From assembly GCA_964547225.1 (NCBI GenBank), contig CAZJMV010000113.1, positions 77,220 through 141,219 on the forward strand: a stretch of DNA of 64,000 bases. Direction: 5' to 3'. The position numbers were made by a program, and so were the translations under genes. Source of the stretch: an uncultured Anaerolineaceae bacterium (GTDB lineage: Bacteria; Chloroflexota; Anaerolineae; Anaerolineales; UBA4823). A model generated the notes under the pieces. The model saw only the letters and a program-made list of their open reading frames with translations, made no database searches and was not told the origin of the DNA. Of this stretch, positions 10,019-20,741 are shown piece by piece. The stretch's first letter is position 1, and each line of letters opens with the position of its first letter.

Positions 10019-10786
10019 ATGAAAATAACAACATGGAATGTAAATGGAATGCGCGCAATTATATCTAGAAATGGATTTAATTGGATTCAAAAAATCGATC
10101 CAGATATTTTTTGTCTTCAAGAGATTAAAGCTGATCAAACACAGATTGATTTGAATTATGTAGAAGATCTCAGTGAATATCATGCATATTGGAATTCTGC
10201 GGTGAAGATGGGCTATAGTGGTGTTTTAACATTTTTGAAAACAAAACCAGTTGAAGTATCTAATGGATTAGGGGTTGAAATTATTGATAAAGAGGGGAGG
10301 TTTATCAGGACTTTATTGGACGGATTTTCCATTATCAATGTTTACTTTCCAAATGGACGACGTGACCATAGTCGAGTTGAATTTAAGATCGACTTTTATG
10401 AAAAGGTGATAGCTTTTGTAAAATCGTTACATAGTGTAGGAGAAAATGTAATTCTTTGTGGTGATTTTAATACAGCTCACCAGGAGATTGATTTGAAAAA
10501 TCCGAAACAAAATATGAATACATCTGGTTTTCTTAGAATTGAACGAGACTATATTGATGCTTTGCTACAGGAAAATTTAATAGACATTTATCGAAAAAGA
10601 TACCCTGAAAAGGAAGAATATACTTGGTGGACATATAGAGCCAAAGCACGTGAGAGAAATATAGGTTGGCGCTTAGACTATTTTCTAATCTCCGAAAAAC
10701 TTGAGGAAAGGGTAATTGATATTATCATTCATACAGATATATATGGATCAGATCATTGTCCAGTGACTTTAATTCTGGAAGATTGA
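10019..10786 (+). CDS. xth: Exodeoxyribonuclease III / AP endonuclease
   Basis: WNVNG, LQEIK, GDFN, WRLDY, SDHCP motifs. Confidence 0.95.
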   Translation: MKITTWNVNGMRAIISRNGFNWIQKIDPDIFCLQEIKADQTQIDLNYVEDLSEYHAYWNSAVKMGYSGVLTFLKTKPVEVSNGLGVEIIDKEGRFIRTLLDGFSIINVYFPNGRRDHSRVEFKIDFYEKVIAFVKSLHSVGENVILCGDFNTAHQEIDLKNPKQNMNTSGFLRIERDYIDALLQENLIDIYRKRYPEKEEYTWWTYRAKARERNIGWRLDYFLISEKLEERVIDIIIHTDIYGSDHCPVTLILED

Positions 10787-10794
10787 GATTATTA

Positions 10795-11586
10795 TTATTC
10801 TCCAAACTCTAGATCAATTTCGAGATTGTTTTGCCAATCAGGTGATTTCTCGAATTCAATATCTTCAAATAATTGTTCTTGTTTTGTGAATACCAATCTT
10901 AATTTAACGAGCTCAAGGATGGCTAGAAAAGTAACTACGATATCAATCCTTGTCGTTTGTGTTGGAAGAATTCGGAATAACGACCCTTTATGATTTTGGA
11001 AAAGAAAGTCTCGGATGAAAATGATTTTCTCTCTTATCGTGATTCTTGGTTTACGCAAATATTTAGTACTTTCAGATTCCTCAATTTTTCTAGAGAAGAC
11101 ACTTTTAGCAGCGTCAATTAAGTCGGATAAGTTTAAACCTATCATGTCAAGGTCTTTTTCGATCTTCGGGGTAGAAGCTAAACGAAAATAGTTGCGTAAG
11201 TTTTTTTGTTGTTGGTTTTGTAAATACTTCGATATTTCTTTAAATTGCTTATATTCTTTTAATTGTTGAGCAAGAGCTTCACCTGGATCTTCTTCACCCA
11301 CTTCTCGGATAGGTGGGCTTGGTAATAAAGCCTCGGATTTTATTTGAATTAACTTTGATGCGATAACAATAAACTCACTTACATTTTGACTTGAAATATT
11401 GATGATCTCATTTATATAGCTTAAATATTGATCAGTGATAGCTGATAGTGATAACTTCGTGATATCAAGCTCAGCCTTTTCAATGAGCTGCAATAATAAA
11501 TCTAGAGGACCTTCGAATAAAGGTATATTGACCAGATATTCTATATTTTTTTGTTGATCAGCATTAGAAATAGGTAATTCTTGCAT
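10795..11586 (-). CDS. scpA: Segregation and condensation protein A
   Basis: FEGPLDLLL, LIQIKSEALLP, TFLAILEL; start uncertain (track 11637). Confidence 0.9.
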   Translation of the reverse strand: MQELPISNADQQKNIEYLVNIPLFEGPLDLLLQLIEKAELDITKLSLSAITDQYLSYINEIINISSQNVSEFIVIASKLIQIKSEALLPSPPIREVGEEDPGEALAQQLKEYKQFKEISKYLQNQQQKNLRNYFRLASTPKIEKDLDMIGLNLSDLIDAAKSVFSRKIEESESTKYLRKPRITIREKIIFIRDFLFQNHKGSLFRILPTQTTRIDIVVTFLAILELVKLRLVFTKQEQLFEDIEFEKSPDWQNNLEIDLEFGE

Positions 11587-11760
11587 TTTTCTTATATTCT
11601 TATAGTAAAATTTTATCTTAGATCTTACACCATTCAATGAAATAAATCAAAACATTGGGTTGTGAATCTCCCGATTATTGGGAACTTTTTCAGAATTTTG
11701 TAACTTTTTGAAAAATATAACATCTTACATAATGTAAAATTTTTAATTTTGGAGTAGAAA

Positions 11761-12123
11761 ATGATTTCAGAACCTGTTCATGTCACTGATGATGCCTTCG
11801 AAAAAACTGTATTGCAGTCTGATCTTCCTGTTGTAGTCGATTTTTGGGCGCCATGGTGTGGTCCTTGTAAAATGGTTGCACCAGCCTTAGAAAAACTTGC
11901 CAAAGAAGAAGCTGGAAAATTATTGGTTTCAAAAGTAAATACAGACGAGAATCCTTCTTGGGCTGGAAAATTTGGTATACAGGGAATTCCTACAATGCTT
12001 TTCTTCTTAGATGGAAAAGTTATCCATCGTCAAGTAGGGGCATTACCAGAGCCAATGTTACGAGAAGTTGTCAATCAATTTTTGAATCTAGCTTCAAATA
12101 AAGAAAAACAGAAAGAAAATTAA
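11761..12123 (+). CDS. trxA: Thioredoxin
   Basis: WAPWCGPC, cis-Pro IPT. Confidence 0.95.
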   Translation: MISEPVHVTDDAFEKTVLQSDLPVVVDFWAPWCGPCKMVAPALEKLAKEEAGKLLVSKVNTDENPSWAGKFGIQGIPTMLFFLDGKVIHRQVGALPEPMLREVVNQFLNLASNKEKQKEN

Positions 12124-12143
12124 TTTTGTTATTATTATTCTTG

Positions 12144-12172
12144 TAGAGGCAATCATCTTCCGATTGCCTCTA
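12144..12172. terminator. Hairpin between convergent trxA and murA
   Basis: Perfect 11-bp inverted repeat TAGAGGCAATC-N7-GATTGCCTCTA. Confidence 0.75.
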
Positions 12173-12179
12173 TGTATTT

Positions 12180-13469
12180 CTAATCCTTCACTCTTAGAAT
12201 TTGAGCGCCAAGAGCTTGTAATTTTTCTTCAACTTTTTCATAGCCACGATCAATTTGGGATATATTCCTGATCACAGATTTACCCTTTGCTCCCAATGCA
12301 GCGATAACCAAAGACATACCAGCTCGAATATCTGGACTTTCCAACTCCTCTCCAACTAAGGACGTAGGTCCTTGAACGATACAACGGTGAGGGTCGCATA
12401 ATACAATTTGAGCTCCCATATTGACTAATTTATCAATAAAGAACATTCGACTTGGATACATCCAATCGTGAAAGAGGATACTGCCTTTAGAGTGAGTTGC
12501 CAATACAATTGCGATGCTCATTAAATCGGTAGGAAATGAAGGCCAAGGCATCACAGAAATTTCTGGAATTGCATCTCCAAGATCAGATTGTATGACCATT
12601 TCTTGTTCGGCTGGGACGATCAGGTCACTGCCTTCACTATACCAGGAAATACCTAATCGATTAAAAACGATTTCTATTAGATTGAGATATTCTAAACCAG
12701 CGTTATGAATCCGGATAGTACCTTTTGTTGATACAGCTGCTCCGACATAACTAACAACTTCGAGGTAATCCGGACCAATCGTAAACTCTCCACCTTTAAG
12801 TGATGAAACACCATTAATAATAAGGGTATTAGAACCAATATTATCAATATCAGCACCGAGGACATTGAGAAAGTGACATAATTCCTGGATATGGGGTTCA
12901 GAGGCTGCGTTGCGTATAGTCGTATAGCCTTTTGCCAGAACGGCTGCCATAATCGCATTTTCGGTGGCTGTCACACTCGCCTCATCTAGTGTAATATCTG
13001 CACCGTTTAGTTGTTTTGCGGTGAATTTGAATGTATGTTGTGTTCTATCAAAAACTACCTCAGCGCCAAGTGCTGATAAAGCTAAGATATGGGTATCCAC
13101 TCGTCTTCTACCGATTACATCGCCGCCAGGTGGGGGGAGTATTAATTCACCACTTCTTGCAATCATCGGACCGGCAAGTAAGATAGAAGCTCTTATCTGT
13201 TTGCAGAGATCAGGGTCTAAATCAGCTGGACGGATATGAGAAGCTTGTATTCTTAAGGTATGGTCATCAATGTTATCGATATTTACTCCAAGGCTTTCAA
13301 TAAGCTCCCTCATTGATTGGACATCACGGATTGCTGGGACATTGTAAAGTACAACAGGGTGTTCAGTTAATAGACAAGCAGCTAACATGGGAAGCGCAGC
13401 GTTTTTATTACCTGATGGTGTTACTTCTCCTGATAAGGGAAAACCGCCATGGATGATAAATTTTTCCAT
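12180..13469 (-). CDS. murA: UDP-N-acetylglucosamine 1-carboxyvinyltransferase, Cys-to-Asp variant
   Basis: SGNKNAALP, RASILLAGP, PGGDVIGRR, SVTATEN, FPTD, DIRAG, RGYE. Confidence 0.95.
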   Translation of the reverse strand: MEKFIIHGGFPLSGEVTPSGNKNAALPMLAACLLTEHPVVLYNVPAIRDVQSMRELIESLGVNIDNIDDHTLRIQASHIRPADLDPDLCKQIRASILLAGPMIARSGELILPPPGGDVIGRRRVDTHILALSALGAEVVFDRTQHTFKFTAKQLNGADITLDEASVTATENAIMAAVLAKGYTTIRNAASEPHIQELCHFLNVLGADIDNIGSNTLIINGVSSLKGGEFTIGPDYLEVVSYVGAAVSTKGTIRIHNAGLEYLNLIEIVFNRLGISWYSEGSDLIVPAEQEMVIQSDLGDAIPEISVMPWPSFPTDLMSIAIVLATHSKGSILFHDWMYPSRMFFIDKLVNMGAQIVLCDPHRCIVQGPTSLVGEELESPDIRAGMSLVIAALGAKGKSVIRNISQIDRGYEKVEEKLQALGAQILRVKD

Positions 13470-13570
13470 AAAATACTCCTATCGTTTTGATTTTTACGAT
13501 AAAATTAGGTTCCTAAATTGCTATAATACCTCTAGGTGATATCAATGACAAGTAAATTCGTGAGACGGAA

Positions 13571-14347
13571 ATGAATATTATTCTTATCGATTGGTTCTTT
13601 CCTGCCATACTTGGTTGGATATTAGCTGTCATATTAAATTATCTTTCTGATTGTTTGCCATATAAAAGAAAATTAGTACCTCCTTTTTGTCAAGCATGTG
13701 GTGCAATTTACTCAATCATTAATTATCTATTCTCTCCTAGGAAATGCGAGGTTTGTGGAACCTATCGAAGAAAACGTACTTGGTTATTTGAAATTATTTT
13801 TCCTTTTGTTAATATATGGCTTTGGAACAATTATCCTGAAGCCATCGGGTTGGTCTTAAGTACTCTTTTACTTTCTTATTTTTCAATAATTATCATCATT
13901 GATATTGAACATCACTTGATCTTACATATTACCAGTATTTTTGGTTTAATATTGGGGATCTTGATAGGGATTAAAATTCACAATGTTATACCAACGATAA
14001 CCGGAGGTATCACAGGTTTTCTATTGATGCTTTTTCTATTTTTTTTTGGAAGATTATTTTCGAAAATATCTTCTAATATTAGAAAACAAGTGATCGATGC
14101 CGATGCTTTAGGTTTCGGTGATGTTATTTTAGGTGGAATTATTGGATTGATATTAGGTTACCCTGGTATTGTTATTGGACTCTTCTTAGCCATTCTCTTG
14201 GGGGGATTGGTAAGCTTGGTATATTTATTATTATTGATAATCATTAAAAAATATCACCCAAATTCTGCTCTACCTTATGGACCTTTCTTGGTCATTAGTG
14301 CTTTTTTATTATTGTTTTGTAAGGATTTTGTTAATAGTATTATTTGA
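13571..14347 (+). CDS. Prepilin peptidase (A24)
   Basis: Two CxxC motifs, IDIEH and GFGD catalytic Asp motifs, PYGPFL. Confidence 0.85.
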   Translation: MNIILIDWFFPAILGWILAVILNYLSDCLPYKRKLVPPFCQACGAIYSIINYLFSPRKCEVCGTYRRKRTWLFEIIFPFVNIWLWNNYPEAIGLVLSTLLLSYFSIIIIIDIEHHLILHITSIFGLILGILIGIKIHNVIPTITGGITGFLLMLFLFFFGRLFSKISSNIRKQVIDADALGFGDVILGGIIGLILGYPGIVIGLFLAILLGGLVSLVYLLLLIIIKKYHPNSALPYGPFLVISAFLLLFCKDFVNSII

Positions 14348-14357
14348 AGGATTAAAA

Positions 14358-14388
14358 AAAACAAGCTCAAAATTCATTGAGCCTGTTT
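14358..14388. terminator. Bidirectional terminator between prepilin peptidase and secF
   Basis: AAACAAGCTCAA-N6-TTGAGCCTGTTT, near-perfect stem with A/T tails. Confidence 0.65.
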
Positions 14389-14414
14389 TATGCTAGCTGG
14401 CAATACAAAAAAAA

Positions 14415-15350
14415 TTATGCAGCTACTGCTTCACTGTTTTTCTTAAACCAGGTTTTCCATTCTTTATTCTGCCATACAACCAATATTGGGGAGGCGACAA
14501 ATATCGAAGAATAGGTACCGCTAAATAGACCAACAAGTAGAATTACTGCAAATTCACGTAATGTAACACCACCAAATAGAGCAAGTGCTAGGAGCATAAA
14601 TTCGACGGTCATCAGCTGTGTATTGATCGAACGTTGTAAGGTTTGTACAATTGAGTGATTTACCAATACTTCGAACGGTAATCTTCGATAGATATTTGAA
14701 TTCTCTCTGATACGATCGAATACTACAATTTTATCCTGCACAGAAAAACCGATTACAGTTAACAGGGCAGTTAAGAAAAGGGCGTCTATTTGCCATCCCC
14801 ATAAATAACTACCAATGGCTGTAAGACTAAACACAATTGCGACATCATGTAGCATAGCGATGATAGCACATGTACCGAGACGAATGGAATTTGGAACTCC
14901 ACGGAATGCGAAAGTCATATAGATTGCTACAATTAAAGCAGCGACACCGACAGCCAATGCAGCTCTTTGTGTCACTTCTCTACCAACAGTTGGTCCAACA
15001 CTCTCGAATCTTAACAATGTGACTTTATCATTAAATTCTGTTTCTAGTGATCCAATGATCTGTGAACGGATTTCATCATCCAATACTTTTGTACGAATAA
15101 CATAGCTACCTTCGCCTGTGGTTTGGACTTTTACATCCTCAATTCCCAATTGATTGTAGAATTCAATCATATCACCAGGTAGAGGGCTAGTAGTTTCAAA
15201 TTTTACTTCTAATAGACTTCCACCCGTGAAATCTATTGCTAATGGAAGATTACCATTGACTATCATAATACCGAGAAGCGTCAATCCTGGTATGATGATC
15301 AGTAATGAGAGAGCAAAAAAATAGTAACGTTTTCCAATGATATCAATCAT
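14415..15350 (-). CDS. secF: Protein translocase subunit SecF
   Basis: IDFTGGSL, VGPTVG, HDVAIV, VVFDRIREN, GTYSSIFVA. Confidence 0.95.
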   Translation of the reverse strand: MIDIIGKRYYFFALSLLIIIPGLTLLGIMIVNGNLPLAIDFTGGSLLEVKFETTSPLPGDMIEFYNQLGIEDVKVQTTGEGSYVIRTKVLDDEIRSQIIGSLETEFNDKVTLLRFESVGPTVGREVTQRAALAVGVAALIVAIYMTFAFRGVPNSIRLGTCAIIAMLHDVAIVFSLTAIGSYLWGWQIDALFLTALLTVIGFSVQDKIVVFDRIRENSNIYRRLPFEVLVNHSIVQTLQRSINTQLMTVEFMLLALALFGGVTLREFAVILLVGLFSGTYSSIFVASPILVVWQNKEWKTWFKKNSEAVAA

Positions 15351-15360
15351 TTTTTTATCC

Positions 15361-16755
15361 TTAAATACCAAACCACTTTTCGTAGTTCTTTGATTTAAAA
15401 ATTAGTATAAGAAGTTCCATTAATACTCGTGTTACGACAAGTGCGGTAAATACACTAACCATCACACCTAATGCGAGTGTCAATGAGAATCCTTTTACGA
15501 TCGTAGCGCCAAATGTGCTACCAAACCAGAAGAGAATGCTACTTGTAATCAATGTAGCAATATTTGAATCTCTTATCGATGGCCAAGCTCTTGTCCATCC
15601 TAGATCAATCGCTTGTCTTAAGGTTTTCCCCGCTCGAAATTCTTCTTTCATACGTTCAAAGATCAGAATATTTGCATCAAGCGCGCTACCTGTGCTCAAT
15701 AGAAAGCCAGCTATCCCGGCGAGTGTCATTGTGACAGGTATAAACCTAAAAATTGCGAAGGTTATCAGGGCGAATATAATAATAGCTAAATCAGCTAAAA
15801 TACCGGGAAGTCGGTAGTATAGCGCCATAAACAGCATCACGATCGTGAAACCAATCATACCTGCTCGAAGGCTTTTGGTAAGTGAATCTTGACCAAGTGT
15901 CGGACCTACAGTTCGAATTTCTACAACCTTCAATGGAATTGGAAGTGATCCATAGCGAAGTTGTACAACAAGATCATTTGCTGATTCAGCAGTGAAATCA
16001 CCAGATATCACCCCTTTGCCATCCGTAATGGCTGATTGAATTCTCGGCGCCGAAATGATTTGTTTATCAAGCACTATGGCTAAAATATCACCAACATGTT
16101 CTGATGTATAATCTCTGAATATTTTAGCTCCTTCGCTGGTTAATTCAAATCCGATTTGAAAAGTACCCATCTGAGGATTTGTATCAACAAAAACATTCTT
16201 TAGATCGGCACCAGTCATAACCGTATGAAAGGTTGGGCTGATAGCATTTGTTGCTGTTACGGAGTCGGTTGAGGTGATTGTACTTGTATCTGTAATTACT
16301 TCAGCTAGTCCGAAATCTGTTTTGATCGTTGCATTATTTTCAAGAGCCATGACTTCTGCATCCGATAAAGTTGAGAAATCAACAAATTCCAGCAAACCAG
16401 TTTGTTGAAGAGTTTCGAGAGCCCTTTCTGGATCAGTTTCTCCAGGAAGTTCAACTACAATTCTTCTATCTCCTGCTTGTTGAACAACTGCTTCACTAAC
16501 ACCTAAACCATTCACACGGTTTTCTACGATGTTCGTGGCAGCGCGCATTGATTCTGAAGCCACAACGGTCTCTGCAGAAACATCTGCTTCTAATAAAGCT
16601 TGAACTCCACCTACAAGATCAAGTCCTAACCGGGTTTCAAAATCCTTATTGAATCCGCCGATATGAATGCCTGGTGTGTTTGGCAAATCTATATAAACAG
16701 CAAATCCAATGATGATAACTATGAGTATCAATAATCGTTGAGAGCGTTTTGACAT
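15361..16755 (-). CDS. secD: Protein translocase subunit SecD
   Basis: LGLDLVGG, RVNGLGVSE, AIVLD, DANILIFER; ATG 16755 after GGAGG. Confidence 0.95.
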   Translation of the reverse strand: MSKRSQRLLILIVIIIGFAVYIDLPNTPGIHIGGFNKDFETRLGLDLVGGVQALLEADVSAETVVASESMRAATNIVENRVNGLGVSEAVVQQAGDRRIVVELPGETDPERALETLQQTGLLEFVDFSTLSDAEVMALENNATIKTDFGLAEVITDTSTITSTDSVTATNAISPTFHTVMTGADLKNVFVDTNPQMGTFQIGFELTSEGAKIFRDYTSEHVGDILAIVLDKQIISAPRIQSAITDGKGVISGDFTAESANDLVVQLRYGSLPIPLKVVEIRTVGPTLGQDSLTKSLRAGMIGFTIVMLFMALYYRLPGILADLAIIIFALITFAIFRFIPVTMTLAGIAGFLLSTGSALDANILIFERMKEEFRAGKTLRQAIDLGWTRAWPSIRDSNIATLITSSILFWFGSTFGATIVKGFSLTLALGVMVSVFTALVVTRVLMELLILIFKSKNYEKWFGI

Positions 16756-16863
16756 TAGGGTCGGTTCCTCCATATCAAACAAATACCAGCCAAAGGCTGG
16801 CGAAAGGTGATTATACACCTTATTCTATCTTCTGTCCAATTAACTGGGAATAAATTTTTTCGA

Positions 16864-17232
16864 TTATCCGTATTTATATCCTTTCTCTTGCAAAAAATTT
16901 AATACCACCTCTAAAACTTGATCAATTGAAAGTTCATCGGTGTGAATATATAGATCAGCATGATTTCTGGCATGGGTTAGTCGTTCGGTCTGATTATGAT
17001 ATTCTTCGTAAGTCCAATTCAAGCTCTTCCTGATTTTTGATATTTCATAGGATACATCAAGATATATCAAGAAATCTGGATTGGAAAGACGTTTCCACAT
17101 ATTTTGTACATAGGAATGTTCCTGGGCTATATGTTTTACCACTAATCCATATGGAATGAGTCCATTTTTTAAGGTTGTTTTTCCAGATGCACATGGTCCG
17201 ACTAGACCTATAGTAATCTTACTTATTTCCAT
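16864..17232 (-). CDS. Small P-loop nucleotide-kinase-like protein
   Basis: GLVGPCASGKTTL Walker A, LIYLDVS. Confidence 0.7.
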   Translation of the reverse strand: MEISKITIGLVGPCASGKTTLKNGLIPYGLVVKHIAQEHSYVQNMWKRLSNPDFLIYLDVSYEISKIRKSLNWTYEEYHNQTERLTHARNHADLYIHTDELSIDQVLEVVLNFLQEKGYKYG

Positions 17233-17948
17233 GTAAGTAAGGGTAGACGTACATTCATCCTTCGGATTTCGTCGCCCGAAAATGGAAGAACACTTAATAC
17301 AACAACGCTGATATCATCTGATGGTCTTTGTTGGTCTAATTGCAATGCATGTAATACAAGTTGATCAGCGATCTTTTCTGGATCCTTTGAACAACTTCCC
17401 AGTACAGTGGGGAGATAATCTTCAATTACCAATTTCTTACCGTAACGCTTGCCTGCGTGAACGATGCCATCTGAGAATACAATCGCAACTAATCCTTCTT
17501 CAAGTGGGACTTCATTTATCACAGGTCTAGTACCACGATAAATCCCAATGGGAAGGCTGGGTTCGTTGAGAGTTTGTATTTCATTATGGATGCATAGGAT
17601 TGCTGGGGCGGGATTATTTCTTGTTAAAACAAGTGTCTTTGTTTGTTGATCTATGGATAAAATATTTAGCGTGGACGAGACCTTTCCTCCACGCTCGGTG
17701 AATAGATTATCAGACGCTGCACGGGCAGCAGCACCATCCCGAACGCCTTCTGCAAGTAAGGTAATTACTTTTCTAACAACAAAGGTGGAGATCCATTTGG
17801 CGCCATGTCCTGAACTTTGTCCATCCGCCAACACAACAGATACTCCTCCTATAGGTCTTTCGATTACTTCAACTGTATCCCCACTGTATGATGTGGCGTA
17901 TTTTTTTGTTTTTGCTACTCCAATTTGGATTTCTAATTCCATAGACAA
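17223..17948 (-). CDS. Stand-alone PP2C/SpoIIE-family phosphatase
   Basis: SGD, LADGQ, FSDGI, DDISVVV. Confidence 0.85.
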   Translation of the reverse strand: MSMELEIQIGVAKTKKYATSYSGDTVEVIERPIGGVSVVLADGQSSGHGAKWISTFVVRKVITLLAEGVRDGAAARAASDNLFTERGGKVSSTLNILSIDQQTKTLVLTRNNPAPAILCIHNEIQTLNEPSLPIGIYRGTRPVINEVPLEEGLVAIVFSDGIVHAGKRYGKKLVIEDYLPTVLGSCSKDPEKIADQLVLHALQLDQQRPSDDISVVVLSVLPFSGDEIRRMNVRLPLLTWK

Positions 17949-17997
17949 TATTTTACTTGATGATTGCGCGTTGATCCGTCGTATTTTCGTGTATATC

Positions 17998-19080
17998 TTA
18001 CCGAGTTATTTTTTTTGTAACCAGTTGACCACAACCAGCTTGAATATCAGAACCACGATCGAGACGAAATGTACAGGGGATACCAAATTTTTCTAACTCT
18101 TGTTTGAAAGAATTTGCTTTATTGATTGTTGAAGGTGATTTATCGGATCCTTTTGTAGGATTCAGCAGGATAATATTTACATGACAAAGCATCGAACCAT
18201 CAAATTTAAACATCTGTAATTGTCTGGCTAATTCTCTAGCCTGTTCAATTGAGTCATTGATGCCTTGAATTAATGCCCATTCGAAAGTAATTCGTCTATG
18301 ACTCACTTTCGCATACTCTTTGCATGCTTCTAGAAGAACATTTACGGGATATTTTTTATTAATAGGCAATAATGTTGATCTTGTATTATTTTGGATTGAA
18401 TGCAAAGAGATTGCAAGGTTGTATTGTTTTTTTAAATTCATAAACCTTTTTATACCCGGTAGAATTCCAACGGTTGAAATCGTAAACTTTCTTGATCCCA
18501 TGTTAAAACCATCTGGATGCGATAGGTTATCAAGAGATTTGATCGTCTCATCAAAATTCAGGAAGGGTTCACCCATACCCATAATTACAATATTAGTTAA
18601 TCTTTCATCAGTTTGATTTAATTGATCAGCATAATATATGACCTGTTCAGTAATTTGCCCATTTGAAAGGTTTTTCTTAAAACCCATTTGACCTGTAGCA
18701 CAGAAAGTGCATCCCATCGCACAGCCAACTTGTGTTGAAATACATAAAGTTCGGCGTTTCTTATAGCGCATTAAGACAACCTCAATGGCATTATGATTAT
18801 CCAAATGGAATAAAGTCTTGCGTGTAAATTTATCCTTGGATTCTAGATGATCACCTGGGTTTAAAGAACGGAATCTAAAGTTATCACTTAATCGATCACG
18901 CAGAGATTTCGGTAAATTAGTAAATTCAGATGCATTTTTCCAATAATTTTTATATAAACCTATCCATATTTGTTTTGCACGATATGAAGGTTCTCCCCAA
19001 CTATGGAGGATTTGTGATAATTCTTCAAGAGATAGGTCTAATATTAATCTCTTTTCAACATGCTTATTATTCAAGTTCAT
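17998..19080 (-). CDS. rlmN: Dual-specificity RNA methyltransferase RlmN
   Basis: CISTQVGCAMGCTFC, MGMGEP, SLH, AGCGQL. Confidence 0.95.
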   Translation of the reverse strand: MNLNNKHVEKRLILDLSLEELSQILHSWGEPSYRAKQIWIGLYKNYWKNASEFTNLPKSLRDRLSDNFRFRSLNPGDHLESKDKFTRKTLFHLDNHNAIEVVLMRYKKRRTLCISTQVGCAMGCTFCATGQMGFKKNLSNGQITEQVIYYADQLNQTDERLTNIVIMGMGEPFLNFDETIKSLDNLSHPDGFNMGSRKFTISTVGILPGIKRFMNLKKQYNLAISLHSIQNNTRSTLLPINKKYPVNVLLEACKEYAKVSHRRITFEWALIQGINDSIEQARELARQLQMFKFDGSMLCHVNIILLNPTKGSDKSPSTINKANSFKQELEKFGIPCTFRLDRGSDIQAGCGQLVTKKITR

Positions 19081-19876
19081 TGATTAAACTACTCAAGTCT
19101 TCAGAAATAAAGTTGGGCATAGGTTTCCAATCCAGCGCTAATTCTCGGTTTGTTACACCTGATAAAACTAATCCAGTTAGACAACCGATATCTTGAGCAC
19201 CTGCAATATCAGTTTCTAGACGGTCTCCTATTACTAACGTATGTTTAGGTTCAGTGTTAAGTCTCTCGAGAGCGAAAGTATACATATAAGGTGAAGGTTT
19301 GCCTATAATCTTTGGAGTTGTACCGCTAGCTACAGATAACGCTGCTAATATTGAACCTGCTCCAGGAATTAAACCCTCTGGCATTGGAAAGGTTACATCA
19401 GGATTTGTCCCAATAAAAACCGAACCTTTTCGGATGAATAGTGTCGCCTTACGCAGTTTATCATAAGTGAGTTCTCGATCTAATCCAACTACCACAGCAA
19501 CAGGATTGTTTTCTGAATGATAGAATCCATATTCACGTAGCATACTTTGTATTCCATTCTCACCAATGATGAAAACTGGTCCTCCTTGAGCATATTTTCT
19601 CTTAAGATATTGGGCAGTGGCTTGAGAAGAGTTGATAATTTGCCAGGCTTCAAGGATTACATTGAATTTGGATAGTTTTTCCTGGTATTGTTCCACTGAT
19701 AGCATGGCATTGTTGGTTGCTAGAATAAAACTATAATTTAGTTTTCGGATGCTGTCGAAAATCTTAGCTAAATTACCGATCGGTTGTTCACCTTTCCAAA
19801 GAACGCCATCCATGTCGATGATGAGTGATTGAATGTCTTTCTTAATCTGATTCGATTCTATGGCTATATGCTGCAT
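19067..19876 (-). CDS. HAD-IIA hydrolase (NagD family)
   Basis: DMDGVLW, TNN, GKP, IGDRLETDI. Confidence 0.92.
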   Translation of the reverse strand: MQHIAIESNQIKKDIQSLIIDMDGVLWKGEQPIGNLAKIFDSIRKLNYSFILATNNAMLSVEQYQEKLSKFNVILEAWQIINSSQATAQYLKRKYAQGGPVFIIGENGIQSMLREYGFYHSENNPVAVVVGLDRELTYDKLRKATLFIRKGSVFIGTNPDVTFPMPEGLIPGAGSILAALSVASGTTPKIIGKPSPYMYTFALERLNTEPKHTLVIGDRLETDIAGAQDIGCLTGLVLSGVTNRELALDWKPMPNFISEDLSSLINELE

Positions 19877-19958
19877 TAATTACTCCAAGAAATGATACTT
19901 TTGTTCGTGAATTATAATGCTATACATTAGAATATAATTCTAAAAATCAAAGGTAATA

Positions 19959-19994
19959 AAAAAATCCTGAAAGGATTTTACCCATTTCAGGAAA
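19959..19994 (-). terminator. Probable terminator downstream of clpP
   Basis: Overlapping hairpins AAAATCCT-GAA-AGGATTTT and TCCTGAAA...TTTCAGGA. Confidence 0.45.
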
Positions 19995-20024
19995 TTTCAA
20001 GATTTGAGATTTTCGCTAGAAAGA

Positions 20025-20651
20025 TTAGGATTTTTCTGGTCTTAGAGCTTGTTTCATTTCTGGGATTTCCATAACATGATCAACAAGACCATATTTTACT
20101 GCACCACCTGCATCGAGATAGAAATCTCGGTTGGTATCTTCCTCGATAGTCTTTATCGGTTTACCCGTATGATTAGAAAGGATTTGATTTAAGTGATCTT
20201 TAAGTCTGAGAATTTCCTTTGCTTGGATCTCAATATCAGAGGCTTGTCCTTGGGCTCCTCCTAACGGTTGATGCATATGGATAGTGGCGTTAGGTAGAGC
20301 ATATCTTTGATCCTTCGAACCAGCAGTGAGTAGAACCGTTCCAAAAGAAGCAGTCATTCCAATAGCAAGTGTACTGATTGGATTTGGAATCATCTGCATG
20401 GTGTCGTAAATAGCCATGCCGGCATATACTTGACCACCTGGGGAATTGATATACATCTGAATGGGTGATTCAGGGTCTTCACTACTAAGGTAAAGTAATT
20501 GTGCAACAATTAGATTCGCGATTTGGTCGTTTATGGGTGAACCTAAGAATACGATCCGGTTCTTTAATAATAGGGAATAAATATCATATGCTCGCTCACC
20601 ACGACCTGTGGTCTCTATCACCATTGGAATAAGAGACTTGGGATTTAACAT
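20025..20651 (-). CDS. clpP: ATP-dependent Clp protease proteolytic subunit
   Basis: YINSPGG, ASFG (Ser), MHQPLGG (His), RDFYL. Confidence 0.97.
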   Translation of the reverse strand: MLNPKSLIPMVIETTGRGERAYDIYSLLLKNRIVFLGSPINDQIANLIVAQLLYLSSEDPESPIQMYINSPGGQVYAGMAIYDTMQMIPNPISTLAIGMTASFGTVLLTAGSKDQRYALPNATIHMHQPLGGAQGQASDIEIQAKEILRLKDHLNQILSNHTGKPIKTIEEDTNRDFYLDAGGAVKYGLVDHVMEIPEMKQALRPEKS

Positions 20652-20741
20652 TAGTTGTCTCTCCTGTTATTTATTAGTTTGTGTTTTTTATTGATTTGAC
20701 TCAATTGTTTCATTGTTAAATTTTTAATTCACTGATTTTGG

